Shown here piece by piece: positions 13,819-29,014 of a stretch of 64,000 nucleotides of DNA. The translations under genes and the position numbers were made by a program. Every line of letters starts with the position of its first letter. Position 1 is the first letter of the stretch. Source of the DNA: the human T2T-CHM13v2.0 reference genome, Homo sapiens; NCBI RefSeq assembly GCF_009914755.1, contig NC_060932.1; one strand, given 5' to 3'. Under the pieces are notes generated by a model. That model was not told the origin of the DNA and searched no databases. It worked only from the letters and a program-made list of their open reading frames with translations.

Positions 13819-14689
13819 TTCCCCCGTAAAAATATTCCAGTGCTCCATGTTTCTTTCCACCCTGTAAAGTGGTTGCAAGGAGGGAACCCAGAAGGGACTA
13901 GAGATGCTACTAGGGGAATATCACACGACACCTCCCAGGAGAAAGGAAAGGCTCATTATCATGCATGCTGTTGTTTTGGGCCTGCCTTTTCCTTGGCCTC
14001 TGAAAGTGCTGGGCACTTTCATCATGCACAAGCCTATGCTGATGGAAAAGGAAAGGGAAGTGCTACCTTTGCCCCCTGTCTCCTTCTGAGTCGGACACAT
14101 GGGAACCCCAGAGCTGAGTGGGTGAAATTTGCCATCCGGAGTAGGAATTCCTTAAGAGAGGAAGGAAAATGTGTTGACTTGGCTGGGAGACCAAAAAACA
14201 AAAAGGACCTACACTACCTAGGAGGAAATTCAGAGTAAAAACAAGGCTTGCCACCACTTTCTTCCCATAGGGGCAGCAAACACTGAGGGACTTCATATTT
14301 TTTCCCCATAATCAATGCAAACATTTACCTTATTGGCAGAGGTTTATCTTCCCCGGGATCTCCTCGTGCTTTTGGAAAATACTGAGATAGTACAACAAAG
14401 GCCACAGCCCTTGAAAGATACGTGCCTGCTTTTTAATACAGAACTGCTGTCAAGTCAAATAGCTTAATGAAAATAGGCATGAAGGAGGCCAAGAGAAGGG
14501 TTTTGTCTTTTGTTTTGGATGGCACTCAGGAGTCAATGCAGTGGGGACAGACCTGTTCTGTCCAGGTGGCGCTGAGTCAAAGGATCCCGGCCTCAAATTC
14601 TGGCACCTGTTTTTACCTCCTGCGTATGGCCCCATAGATGTCTGAAGTTGAACATGTCACTTCTCTTCTCTAAGCCTCAGCTTCCTCTA

Positions 14690-15031
<342 letters not shown>

Positions 15032-15433
15032 TTCCCTGCAAAGAAATCTTTAATTCCAATATAGCCACTTGAAGTTACTGCTGGGTTTTGGCAGACAGTT
15101 CTTCCCTTAGCCCGCCAGGACTTGTATCTTGAGCTAAGCTTACTAATTCTCAGAACCACTTCCCAGGAGAGTCTGGGTCATTCTTCCTGGACAGCTCTGA
15201 AATGGGGTAAATTCTCCTTGACCTCTGACAGTTGAGCAGGTCCTGGCTTAGAAAAGGGAGTGGTTGAGATCTGTATACCCACGAGAGCTTCAGAAGCAGC
15301 AGAATCACCCCATTCACTGGCTAACAAAACAAAACAGAATGGACTCCTGGTCCACACCTCATGGAATCCCTATGGGGTGGTCTCTGAAATCTCTATATTG
15401 GATGAAATTCCTGCCAGCTTAAATAATCTCCCA

Positions 15434-15706
15434 GGGCTGGGTGCAGTGGCTCACGCATGTAATCCCAGCACTTTGAGAGGCCAAAGCGGGCCGATCACTT
15501 GAGGTCAAGAGTTTGAGACCAGCTTGGCCAATGTGGTGAAACCCCGTCTTTACTAAAAATAATAAAAATTAGCTAGGCTTGGTGGTGCTTGCCTGTAGTC
15601 CGGGTTACTTGGGAGGCAGGAGGATCACTTGACCCTGGGGGTGGAGGTTTCAGTGAACTCCAGCCTGGGCAACAGAGTGAGACTCTATCTTTAAAAAAAA
15701 AAAAAA
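15434..15706 (+). mobile_element. Alu with right-arm internal deletions
   Basis: Dimeric Alu with A-tail; lacks about 20 nt between cagtga and actccagcc. Confidence 0.92.
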
Positions 15707-16551
15707 TTCTCTCAGATCTCTTCTAGCACTTTGAGAACAAGGACATTTTTAACAGAGCTCCCAACATTGGAGTGAGACAGGGCTAGCCAGAAAGCTGACA
15801 ACTGTCCCACCTTGCAAACATAAGCCACAAGACCACTCTTGTCGGCTGGCACTTTCCTTCCCACCTCTTGGACCTTCCAAATTCATCCATTCTTTGCAGC
15901 CCAGCTCAAATCTTTCTTCCTGTACGACACTGTCCCTACCTATTCATCCAGCCCAAATTTGTTATCCTTTTTTTGTCTCTCCCTTGAAACCCATCCTATA
16001 CTGACTCACACACTGACTCTTGTTGTGACTCAGTGAGTTCAGGCTGGTAAGTCTTGGTCTTCTGGGATGTGAGCTACTTCCTCCCAAGCAGGTGGCCAGG
16101 GACACATCTTTCCCGTGCATCCTCCTTGGTGTTGGGCACAGTGCCCATAAGAGGGTGGAATGCCCTGGGGTTCCGTGCACTCAGGGCCTGCAGACTGCAC
16201 TACAGGAGCAGCGTCACAGTTGTATAGAGGCTTTTGTGGGTAGATGGGGGAAAAGGGAGATAGCTAGGGATGTGAGCCACATGCTTTCAGCATGTCTAAA
16301 GACATATGCCATCAGTGCCTGGAGGAGAGCCCCAGTCAGCCTATGTTCCCTTTTCTGGCAACTGCAGGTCATGGCCTTCTCTCGTCCACTCCCTACAGCC
16401 TCATGACGACTCTCTTCCTCTTCAAGAATGGCGTGGATGTCTATTGTAATTTGGTTTTCTATGAGCTAAAAGATGGTGAGGGTGTGGTTCTCCCTACTGT
16501 CATCTGCCATTTAGCACATGGTTAAGTACCTTGGTTTGGAGTCAGTCTAAA

Positions 16552-16770
16552 TCTGCCCTGTCCAATGGGGTAGCCACTAGCAACAAGTACAACTTAAATT
16601 TAAGTTAAATAAGATTGAATAAAAATTTAAAATCTAGTTTTCCAGTTGCAGCGATCACATCTCAAGGCTCATTAACCACATAGGGCTAGTAGCTACCCTA
16701 TTTATTGCACAGGGCAGATATAGAACATTGCAATCATTGCAGAAAGTTCAATTGAACACTGCTGGTCTAG
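16552..16770. mobile_element. MER3/MER33-like hAT-Charlie MITE
   Basis: ctgtccaat...gtagccactag ... gcagaaagttcaattgaacactgctg termini. Confidence 0.65.
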
Positions 16771-19021
16771 GCTGGGCTCAAACCCTTGCCCTTCCACTCA
16801 TTTTCTGCACGATCTTCAATCAATTACTTAGTATTTTGGTGTCTCAGTTCCCTAGTTTATAAAATAGAGAAAATAATACTATCTACTTGGCAAAATTGTT
16901 GAGATTTAAATAGGATAATCCATGCAAAGGGAGTGTCAGAACATAAGAACTCAAGGTAAGTTACAACAGCAGCAACAACAGAAGCTTATGTGTTGGCCCT
17001 GTTGGATCTGAATTCCAACTTCCCACCACAAAGAATAGCTTTGACACCAAATACAAGGTGGCCTCTCAATAAATACTTAAATGTATGAGCTGAATTGAAA
17101 GGGAGTTACATGGTTGCTAGACCCAGTAGGCTCTGTTGGGTCAAGACTGAGGTTTTCTCTGTGTACGTGCAGTTCCTTGGATCTGCCTGTGAACCAGAGG
17201 ACATTTTGATGCTTTCACCTTTTCGGAAAGGACAGTAATTTCCCTGATTGTGGGCTTTCAGCCAGAGGTGAGCATGTATTGACCCTCTCCAGTTCTCTCC
17301 CTCTCTCTTTTTAAAAATTTTTTATTTTTTTCCCACACTGAAAGCATATTCCCTCCTGAGAGGAAGTTTGTTTTCCATGTCCTGGAAATGTCAGGCTCCC
17401 CAGAGGGCTCGAGGGTGGATCTGTCTCAGTCAAATGTCTGTTCCTCTGATGCAGTGGGTGACCCCCCCTGCTTTCTTGAATGACATCAGCTGAGCCGTAA
17501 TCAAAGTGCTCATGCCTGACTCACCACGCACTGTGGAGAATTGACTTCCAGCATAGCGGGGTGGGGGCGAGGTGGAGGAAATGGCCCTTGGCATGTGAAT
17601 GACTTCTTGACTTTTGACTCAGACAGTTTCAATTGTGGTCAGGCCTCAGCATTCCCGTGCATCTCTTCATTGCCTGAGTCTTCTTGACTTAATTCTTTGC
17701 CAGTTTATAGTAAACCTGAACATGGGAAGCCCATCCTGGGCTTCACAGATCACTGCAGAAGGACTCGGGAGGACCAGGTTGCAGCAAGGGGGAGCTGGGA
17801 AATTAGAATACTTTGCCGACTGTGCCAGATGCTGGCTTCTAAATTGTAAATTCCTAACAATATACAGGAGCTGAAGCACACGAGTCCATGCATTTTGGCA
17901 TTTGGTGATGACTTACTGGGGGAGAGAAGGCATAGTTTGTGGTTTCAGGAGCCAGTGTAGCATTAGGAGCTCACCTTGAATTGCTTTCAGAAGCAGAGAG
18001 ATGTCAGCTGTTTCCCAGCCTCTCAGCCATCTCATCTCCCTTGTAATTATAACTCATCGTTCCACTGACTTCCTTTCTCATTGGACAGTGTCTCAAGGGT
18101 GGACCTGTCTCAGGGCAGGGCTTTCAGAAGCAGTCCTAGACGGTGCTCAAACATGTGTGCTGGGATTTTCCCAAAGCTCCTTAAAGTCTGACGGCTGAGT
18201 TGTCTAAGAGCCAAACCAAGCCTAGCAAAAGTGAAAATTCATTTAACATCAGGGCTCTCTCTCTACTGAAACAATTGATAGTTCATCACCTCATCCATCA
18301 TCTGAAACTCAGCACTCAAAACCTCTTTTTCCTCCTGCTTTCTAGTGCATGGAAGATAGAATTTTTCACTCTAGGGTATACTTTTTTCTAGATATTGACT
18401 TATTTGGGTCACTTGTTATTTTTCTGTAATTTTAAAATTCCAGCAAATTTTCAACGATAGTCCAGAGAACTTTTATGTACCCTTCTTTATCAGATTCATC
18501 ACCTGTTGACAATTTCCCCCATTTGCTGTCTTTTCCCCCAACTTAAAAATTATGGTAAAATACACATAACATAAAATTTAACATCTTAATCATTTTTAAG
18601 TATGCAGTTCAGTAGTAGTAATTATATTCATAATGTTATGCAGCCATCATCACCATCCATCACTCCATCTGATAACTCTTTTCATTTTGCAAAGCTGCAA
18701 CTCTATACCTATGACGTGATAACACTGTGTTTCCACCTTGCCTCAGCCCCTGGCAACCCACCATTCTACTTTCTGTCTCTATGTTTTTGGCTACTCCAAT
18801 TTTCACTTCACCATTTCTCTGTCTCACCATTTCTCTGTTTGTCTCTCGCTCTGTTATCTGTCTCTTGTTCTGTCTCTCTCTATATATACACATACATTCC
18901 CTTCGAGAGTAAATTGGAGACATTGTGCCTTTTAACTCCTAAATACTTCAATGTGTATTTTCTAAGGATACTTTCTTACATAACTATAGTGTGGTTATTA
19001 GAGACAGTTATATTTAAAAAA

Positions 19022-19507
<486 letters not shown>

Positions 19508-20819
19508 TAGGAAAATAATATAAACATGTAAAAAGTTAAAAATCAAGGAACTATTTTAAAAGAGCATATTAATTAGTTAAATGCAGATTCTTTGGGAAAA
19601 ATAATTTAAAATACCCTTGGAACAACCATTAGCAAAATTGTAAATTCGGTATAAAAATAATTCCTCAAACTTTATTTTTTGGCTGTATAAATTCCTTGGA
19701 TAATTATAAAATTGTAGCAGGATGTTGAGATAATTGGCAGTAAAGTTTTGATAGGATTGGATTTTTCATAACTTCAATCAAATCAGGATATGGAGCAAAA
19801 AACTATTCCTTGTTTTAGTAGACAAAGCCTCCAATTCCCAAAGCAAGGGAAAGTTGTACTAAAACTCGTGTATAGTCTTTAAGTGTCCAAAGGATTGATG
19901 GAAAGCTAAATGGAAGCCTGTTCATTTTTGTAAGTCTACCCCTCTAGAGCCTGGTTCCAGGCACATACTAGATATGTAGTATGCGTTGTTTGATGAAAAA
20001 CAATGGACCGTATTTGGAGCCAAAGACATGAAGCATGAATACATATCCTGGGGGACAAGAACTTTGGATTATTTATCTTCAGCCCCAGAAGAAGAGGTGC
20101 AGTGAAACTGCATATACTATTTTTTGGTTTATTTTTGCTGATACTTCTGCCTTGTTTGGTGAGAATTCAAAGAGGAAACAAGTGTCTGGAACAGGGTGCA
20201 CACTCACCCTCACTATGGCCCATGTGCAGAGTGGCCTGGCCCTCACAAAGAACTCGGATGAACAGAGAGAATGTATTATTTGAAATGAAGGATGATCCCA
20301 AATACGGGTTGGCCCCAGTGCATGTTCAAAAACAAGACAATTGGCTGAAATACACTGAAGAATTACAAGATGCTGACCTAGAATGGGAAGCTTGAAATAA
20401 TAATTAGGGCAACAAGGATAGAATCAAAAGATTGGTGACCCAAGGAAGAGGAGTGAAGGAACCAGGGTGAGTCTGAGTGAATAATGAAGACAGGATGTGG
20501 CATGTGGCTTTCATGTATTCACAGTGAGTCTGCATAGGTGGGCTTGAGCCATTTTGGGTAAAGGATGGAGTAGACATAGAGTAGAACTTCATAAATGTCC
20601 TCTGAAATGAAAGACAGCTGTTCAGTACCTTATTATGTAGGTCATTAAGAACCACCAAAGAACCTCTGAACTGAAGTCATCCTCTGCAAGGATTTGTAAG
20701 TATATCTCACCCCTACCCCTCAGATGTGTACAGGATTTACTACAGATGTGGTAAAACAGCTATTCCCATCCTGAATTTATAAACTCAGGAAGATAAAAGT
20801 CATAGATATGAAATGTGAA

Positions 20820-23250
20820 AATGGCATTCTACATTATGGATGTCGATAATTGCCCCCCCAACAGCTTCCTTATTGCTTGTTGTCATGTTACCCAAAGTAA
20901 GTCCTGTCTCCTCACTTTCTTAAGCTCTTCTTATTTCTTTGTCCTCCACCCCTAGTTACATTTGCAACTTTGTCATCACCAATAATTACATCTCCTTAAT
21001 CTCCATCTCATGCCTCCCTTTCTTTGACCAACGCCTCTACTCTTCTACCTCCCTCCCTCTAGTAGTCCAACACCAATGACCTTTCTATTCCATCAGACTT
21101 TCAATCCATTGGTCCTACCATATTTTCTCTGCCTTTCATCCCCTTGCTATCATGATTCCCTTGCTATCTTGATTCCTTCTTCACCTATCTTAAATTCCAT
21201 GTTCAATTGTTATAACCCTTGCATATGTCTTTGACTCACTTTCCATTTTCTCACTTCATATATTCACTTTGACAAACTGCAACCTTGATTAAATCCAACT
21301 TTTTGCTTGGCGCCTGTATCTGTGCTTGGAGAAATGCAGTCGGAGGAAAAGATATAATTACACTGGCTAGTTGCACTTTAAAATCACGACCTTGACTCTA
21401 AAATAAACTTTTTAATGCAGAGAAACAATTTTACTCTTTGTCCCTGGCCAATGCACACTCTCATTGTTCTGGAATTGCTTCATGATTTCTCACAAACAGT
21501 CTCATTCCATACTCCCTCCCATGCAACTGATTTTTAAATTGAATTTTATCAAAGTAAAACAGGTACATAGTTTAACAAGTCAATAAATAATACTAGGTAG
21601 GTAACTAAGAAACAGTAGTTCTGTGCCAAATTTCCTTTCATTCCCAATTCCCATGGTAATATTTTTAACTCTCTTGTTTTTTCCCCCATAGACCATTATT
21701 ATACTACCATTTCTTATTTTTTCAGTGATATAGTGCCTCTACACACACACTCATGTTATTCTTCTGACTGTTCTCGCATTCTTCCAGTATGTTTTTTTTT
21801 TTCAAAATTTTTGGTTAAGTCATTTCTCAATGTTTATATTATTACTATGTAATTAATATTCACAGTTGAACTTACAAAGTATGCTAGGACAACATTTTTT
21901 CTTTTTGAAAAATAACTTTTGATATTTTTCTTGGAATTAATTATTGCCACTTCTTTATTTGCAAAATTTTCTTTGCATCCGTTGTGAAATCTCTCAAACT
22001 TTCCCCTGGAATAGACCAGAAAATCTTGTCTGAGTATGTTTGCAACCTGTCAGGTATTCTATTACTTTTATTTTCTTCATGACTACCTAGTCCAGAAGCC
22101 TCCTGCATCTGTTCTAGTCAAGCTGATTTCTCTCTAAAAAGAAATCTAGAGAGACTTCTAGATGTGTCTAACTAGAGCTGCTATCCTGGGACTTCTCTTC
22201 ACTCTCATCCTGTGAATGCCTTTACCTTTCTGTGTAGGAGCCTTGTTACCTGGTTTCCCTGTCCTTCTTCTTCCGGCTTAACTTTTCACTGAGGAGGAAT
22301 GAATGGGTCAACAAGTAGCTTCCTGGAAAACGTAGCTGGGAAGACAATTTTGGGGGCATATTGAAACTCTGAAATGTCCTTATTTCACCCATGTACTTGA
22401 CTGATAGTTTGGCTGGGTACGGAATTCTAGATTGGCATCAATATCCTCTCACATTTTGATGATATTGCTACATTGTTTTCTACCAGTTTTGCTAATAGGA
22501 GTTTTAATGACAGTGATATATCTTTTGTAAATGAACACTTTCTTTTTTCCACCATTCACATAATTTTAGGCTTTCATCTTTGCCCCTGGTATTTACAAAT
22601 GCCACACGATGGACCATTATACAGAATATTTTTTCATCGATTGCACTGTTTTTTCAGTGAGCTCGTCCAATCTGGAAACTCATATTTTTCAGTTCTTTGA
22701 AGGTAGTACTGAAATTATAATAGCATTGTTACTCTTTATTTTCCCTCTTTTTCTTTTCTAGAACTCCTATTAGTTGGCTGCTATATATCCTGGATTGATC
22801 CTCTAGTTTCCTTACTTACCTCACAAACTTTCTTTCTCTCTTTTTTCTACTTCCTGGGATATTTCCTCAACATTATTTTCAAACACTTTTGTTGGATTTA
22901 AATTTTTGCTGTTGTATTTTTAATTTTCAAGAACTCTTTTTTTTGGTAACAAAATATTGTTTATAGTTTATTTTTTAAATTGATAAAAATCATATAAGTT
23001 GTGTACAACCTGTTTTAAAATATATATACATTGTGGAATGGTTACATTGAGCTAACATATGAATTACTTCATATATATACATAACTTTTTGGTGAGAACA
23101 CTTGAAATCTATTCTCTTAGCAATTTTCAAGAATACAATACATTGTTATCAACTATAGTCACCATTTTGTATTAAGAACTCTTTCTGACATTCTGAATGT
23201 TTCCCTTTAGTGTCCTATCGTGTTCTTTTTCATGGACTTCTTTCATTTCT
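20820..23250. mobile_element. Old LINE fossils (L2 then L1M fragments)
   Basis: Pyrimidine-rich L2-like segment to ~21500, then T-rich antisense L1M-like sequence with an L1MA 3' end near 22970-23170. Confidence 0.55.
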
Positions 23251-23252
23251 TA

Positions 23253-23645
<393 letters not shown>

Positions 23646-24683
23646 TTAAACAGCACATGAGTGCCTCTGTCCTTTGATAGTTAGTGCTCAGTGCTGGGCG
23701 TGAGATATAATTTAAACATTAGTTCTCATCACTCCAGGGAAATAATTCTTCACCACTCTTGCCTTATGTCTTGTCTCAAAACTGAAAAGAATTGTTTTTA
23801 AATGCTGAGAAGGTTTGTGGGTGGTGTCACTAAAGACATGAGAGGACACTGGTTAGATGAGTGGTGAGGATGTAAGAGGTGGCAGCACTTATGTAAATGT
23901 AAAACATTTGAAATTAATTTGTTAAATCATTTTCTCAGATAGCATGAATGCAATAGATTCTTGCATAATGAAGTATAATTTTCCAGTAGCACCTGGTATC
24001 CATTTCTGGTTTCTCTTCAGGTTTTAATTGTGGTTTCAGAGTTATTCACGGATTGACATAATATTTGCTACAGTTGCTTCTAACAGCTGAAGAACATTTT
24101 CAATTTTAAACAAAAATGCTCTTCGATTTGTATATGTGTGGATCCAGATGTAACATTGTGAAATGTGATACTAATTCTTCATTGGCAAGTAGATGGACAT
24201 TGAATTGGGAATAAATTTATTTTTATAAAGTACATAGTAAGATATAACTAAGTAAAAATAATTAAATAAAATTCAGCTTTACTTAAATAATTTTGATTTA
24301 AACTTTGATATTTTAAATTACTTTTTTTGTCTTTTAATTTTAATGCATTACTTTGTGTGCTTTGGAAAAAATACCTTTCTGAAACATATTATAAAAATAA
24401 ACTTTTTATTTTTTGAAATTCACTATTTGTTGAAAATATATTGAAATTTTGTAAACTTTGATACAAATATATTTTAAAATCTCATTACTATCAATGGAAT
24501 ATGAAACATGAAAATCTCAATGGTAACAGTGATTTTGCTGAAATGAAGGCAGGGAAAATAAAGCTCATGGAATAAACGAGTAGTAATTATGAACGATGTT
24601 TGCTTTTATTACTGATCTATACACTATTACTAGCCCAGAAACAGAACATTAGAAAAAGACAATGATAATTATGTTTAGTCATT

Positions 24684-24686
<3 letters not shown>

Positions 24687-24735
<49 letters not shown>
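24687..24735. repeat. (TA)n microsatellite at the pseudogene tail position
   Basis: About 24 perfect TA units. Confidence 0.95.
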
Positions 24736-24736
<1 letters not shown>

Positions 24737-24737
<1 letters not shown>

Positions 24738-25106
24738 CTTTTGCCTCAAAAAATGACATTTATTCAAAGAAAAAAAAGAGACAAGATGTCCACTTCTTGT
24801 CTCCCTTCCTTCCCCTCTCCTGCTGCTCCTCAACCTCCCAAGATTGAACCCTGGCTGGGGCTAGGTAGCAGGACAGCCCCTCAGATGAGGTCAGCAGCAT
24901 TGAGGGGCATCTTCCCAGTGGAGGTGTTGTAGAAAGTCTCAGTGTCTTGAAGTGTTCTCTTGTTTTCTTCTGTCACCATGTTAATAGCCACACCCTTAAG
25001 GCCAAACTGTCCAACTCGACTGATTCTGTGGATATACTTTTCCCTATTGGTGGGAAGGTCATAGTTGATGACTAAAGAAACCTGCTGCACATCAGTGCCT
25101 CTGGCC
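24737..25106 (-). pseudogene. 5'-truncated processed pseudogene of EIF4A1 (C-terminal CDS + 3' UTR)
   Basis: Translation (ARGTDV)[68 protein letters not shown] matches the eIF4A1 C-terminus, with DEAD-box motif VI HRIGRGGR degraded to HRISRVGQ. Intronless, followed by an EIF4A1-like 3' UTR (tgaggggctgtcctgc...gaataaatgtca). Confidence 0.93.
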
Positions 25107-25985
25107 TATGTCAAGAAAGACGACTCTTCAGCATATGCATGAGAGGACAATCTATCCTGAGGGGAAGAGACTTAGGTGTCCATGTAGGCAGCCAAGGAAG
25201 GCAGAGGAAACAAGCATCCTCTATTCCTCTATTCCTCAAAGACCTTAGGCATGCCAGATTCTATTCCAGGTTGTTACTTTCCTGAGAGGGGCACTGCATG
25301 TTCCCTTGGAGAGGGAATCCCCTTGGATTGTTGATATTTTTTGACTTTTAGTCATTTAAAACCCTAGCTTTATACATGCTTTTCAATTTTGTTGTTGTGA
25401 GGGAATATTCATCAAGATGGGAGGGAGAGAGCATATTTTATTTATTAGCTTGATCTATACTTTTAAATATTTAAACATATGGTACATGGGCCTTGATGTA
25501 TATTCTTTCCCTAGGTGACTTAGAGTCCTGGTTATTCTCTTGGGTCTAGGCCCAGAATTGAAGGCTACTGAAATTATTATCTGAGCCCTTCCCTGTGTTC
25601 ACGTCTTCCTTCCCCTGTCACCCACTCCTCCTCTAAATTGGAATAGCAAAGCAAAGATCATGGAGAATAATGTACGATTTATGTTCTAACAATCCATGGT
25701 TGAGATAGAAAATAGCAAGATGTTCTTTATATAATCAAGTGCTTGTGGTGAGATGAAACGTCCTAGTATCTTTGAGAAGGAACCAGTGAGCATTACCAGC
25801 TCCTTGAGGATAGAGGCTATGTAGAATTAATCTTTATTCTTTAACTGTGCCTAGCAGAGTATCTTGCAAATTAGGGAACGTTTTTGGAAACAAGGTAACT
25901 TTGCAAGGCTTGGAAGATGAGTAGAGTTTGCATAGACAAAGAGTTGGAAGCCTCTGAGCTGGGAATGCAATTGTCAGCAAGGTAT

Positions 25986-26086
25986 AAAGGTACATATGTG
26001 TACCTGTGTATGTGTGCATGTGTGTGTATGCATGTTTGTACAAAGGTACACACGTGTACCTGTGTATGTGTGCATGTGTGTTTATG
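25986..26086. repeat. 56-bp period tandem duplication, alternating purine-pyrimidine
   Basis: aaaggtaca(t/c)a(t/c)gtgtacctgtgtatgtgtgcatgtgtgt starts at 25986 and again at 26042. Confidence 0.9.
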
Positions 26087-29014
26087 AGACAGAGAGATGA
26101 GACTGAGGGTGGGAGAGGGGTGGGGTTAGAAAGGAAGAAATTTTAGCTCAGGTGAATGGGAAGGTATGCTGGAGGAAAGTAAGAAATTAGATGGGTTAAA
26201 GTAGGGCCCCGATTGATGCAAGACCTTGGAAAAAAAAACATTATTCTCAAGTTACATTAGGAACATGTGGAACAGAGAGGACAGTACTGCTACTGGAAAA
26301 AGGGTGATTTAATGGGTAATTGCGAATTATTGTAATTACTTCCAATCAAACAAAACAAAGGGGGAATAATTAAGACGGTGCCAGTGTGTAAGAAATTTGA
26401 GTTTTAATGTCTGCAAAGCTCCAGAGTAAGCAGAAAGGAAAGCACGTTACCTACCTTACAACCGGGCGCTTTTTCTAAAGACATTTTTAAGAGCCAATTT
26501 TTTGAGTGGCTTTGCTTAACTATAAAGAAAGCAAAGAGAAGCAGGAAGGGTGAGGGCCAGGAAAATTTGAGATGATTTTTCCCTTGTTACATAATGAAAC
26601 TTAAAAAAAAAGTAGATAAGCGCATCAGTCCATCAGTTTCTTTGATTTTGGGCCAAGTCAAAATGTCCTCTGTTCTGTTTGCTCGTTTTTAAAAAGCTTA
26701 ATGTTAACAAACTCTAATCCATTTAACTCTTCTTTTGGAAGGACACTTATGCTCATAAGAAGATGCAACACCTGTCAAAGAAAATCTTGTGAGGTTGAGA
26801 AGATGAGCAGTTTTTATTAAAGTGAATCCAAAAAAGAACTAGGGCAAATTTATCTCCAGCACTCCTAGTCCTAAGAAAGGTGTTGGAGAATATTTAAAGG
26901 AAGGAGCTTGTCCCAAATGGTCCTTTTTTTTTTGTTTGTTTTGTTATACAAAATACAATAAACATGCACCCCACAGTATGCGAATTACCCTGTAAGTAAA
27001 AGTCATTGCAATAATATCGGGGAGTTCCATTGCTGGCCCTATTATCAATTGGCTCTGTGACTTTGGAAAACTAATGCCGTCTTTTTGCGCCCCTATCTTC
27101 ATTATCTGAGAACTTAAAGAATTGAAATAGATGATCACCAAGGTACACTTTAGGAGGAAGAAATGGAGGGCCAGGGGCAGGTAGGAAGTGGTTGTCCAGA
27201 GAAAGGTCTGGGTGCTAAGCGTGTTCATTGTTTCTGGGGTTCATTTTTTCAAGGCTTTTGAGCCTTGTCAACTGACAAAGCAAGAAAATTTATGTGTGTT
27301 TAGTAACTCATTATAAACATATATCTATAAATAGATCTGAATATAGCTGCCTTGTCTATAGAAATCCAAACATAACTTCATACTGACAGCTCCAACTGGA
27401 ATCCATTGCCAGATGGATCAGTCTAGCCTCCTCCCCTTGTTTAATTGAGACCTCCAACTTCAACAGTGAGAATCTGGCTCCCACCATTTGAGATCCGTTT
27501 ATTTACTTGTTCAGTTCTAGTATATATGTACAGTGGTATCATGAGTGTTAAATTATACCCTGTGGGAAACAACTTTATCAACTAGAGTATAGTGCTTATG
27601 TACAATTTGTTTTGGCTTTGATGTTATGGAGTCCACCCATTTTCAGGTTTGTCAGGTTAGTATCTCTCCCTAACCACCTTCAGGGAGGTGGTTTTAGACA
27701 TTTGTAATACAATTAGATTATTTTGCCATATTCTGCATTTCATCTTGATATTCTCCAAACTTCTAAATAATTTTTGAAAAATTTGCATGCATTAAGGCTC
27801 ACTCTTCGTGCTACGAAGCTCTGTGGGTTTTGACAAATGAATAGTATAATAATGTATTTACCATTAGAGTATCATAAAGAATAATGTTGCCGCCCTAAAA
27901 AATTCCTTGGGGTTTACCTACTCAACTCTCTCTCCTTCCCCCAGAATCCTGGCCAACACTGATATTTTTACTATGTTTATAGTTTTGCCTTTGCCAGAAT
28001 GTCATATAGTTGGAATCACATAGCATATAGGCTTTTCAGACTGACATTTTTCATTTAGCAATGAATGCATTTGAAATTCCTCCATGTCTTTTTGCAGCTT
28101 GGTCGTTCTTTTTCAGAAATCACTAAATAATATCCCATTGTATGAATGTACCACTTTGTTTATCCATTCAGCTATTTAAGCACATCTTAGTTGCTTCCTG
28201 TTTTGCGCAATTATGAGTAAAATTACTACAAACATTCCCTTGCAGTTTTTTGTGTGGGCATGAGTTTTCAAATCAGTTGGGTAAATACCTAGAAGCATGA
28301 TTGCTATATCTTATAGTTAGAAACTGCCAAACTGCCTTCCAAAGTGGCTGTACTATTTTACATTCCTATTAACAATAAATGAGATGAATATTACTTTTTT
28401 AATTGACCCAGGAGATTTAAAATGAAAATCTTTGACTTTGCTGGAAGTTTCTAGTTCCCTTTCATGAAGGGGAGAGTACAGAGATGGTGCAAGGATCAAA
28501 CACTTGAGTGTTATGGAGACCAAGAAGAGAATAAATTAAGAAAATGGATATATATGAGAAAAACAGAGTGATTGGGTCTGTGGCTATTCAAAGTATATGT
28601 CTAGCTGCTACTTGGCTGTAGCTAATTGTTGTGACACAGGAACTTGGGTCCAGTGTTTCTAAATTTTGTAAGTTTTTCAAGAGAAGCCAAAAATCTAGAT
28701 TTGTATATACTGTTCCATTTTTTAAAAATATAGACAAGAAACTTTACATATTAAAAGTATATAATTTGGTAAAGTTTGACATATGTTTATGCCACTAAAC
28801 CCATCACTCTGAACACTTTTCTCATTTTTCTTGGCAATCCCTTTCCTATCCCACCTCCCAGATAGTCATTGATCTTTTTTTGTCACTATACATTAGTTTG
28901 CATTTTCTAGAGTTTTTTTTAAGTAAATAAAAGTATACATTGAGCATTCCTTTTAACTGCCTTCTTTTGTTCAGTATAAATATTTTCAGATTTATTGATG
29001 TGTTATCAATAGTT

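Larger units (their letters stand above)
23740..25520 (+). mobile_element. Degraded hAT-Tip100 (Arthur1-like) DNA transposon interrupted by the EIF4A1 retrocopy
   Basis: Remnants resembling the hAT dimerisation motif (TVAS..E.FS.L, ~24070-24110) and C-terminal DFAEMKA.K (~24530-24560). 25470-25520 resembles the Arthur1 3' end as I recall it. Confidence 0.5.
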
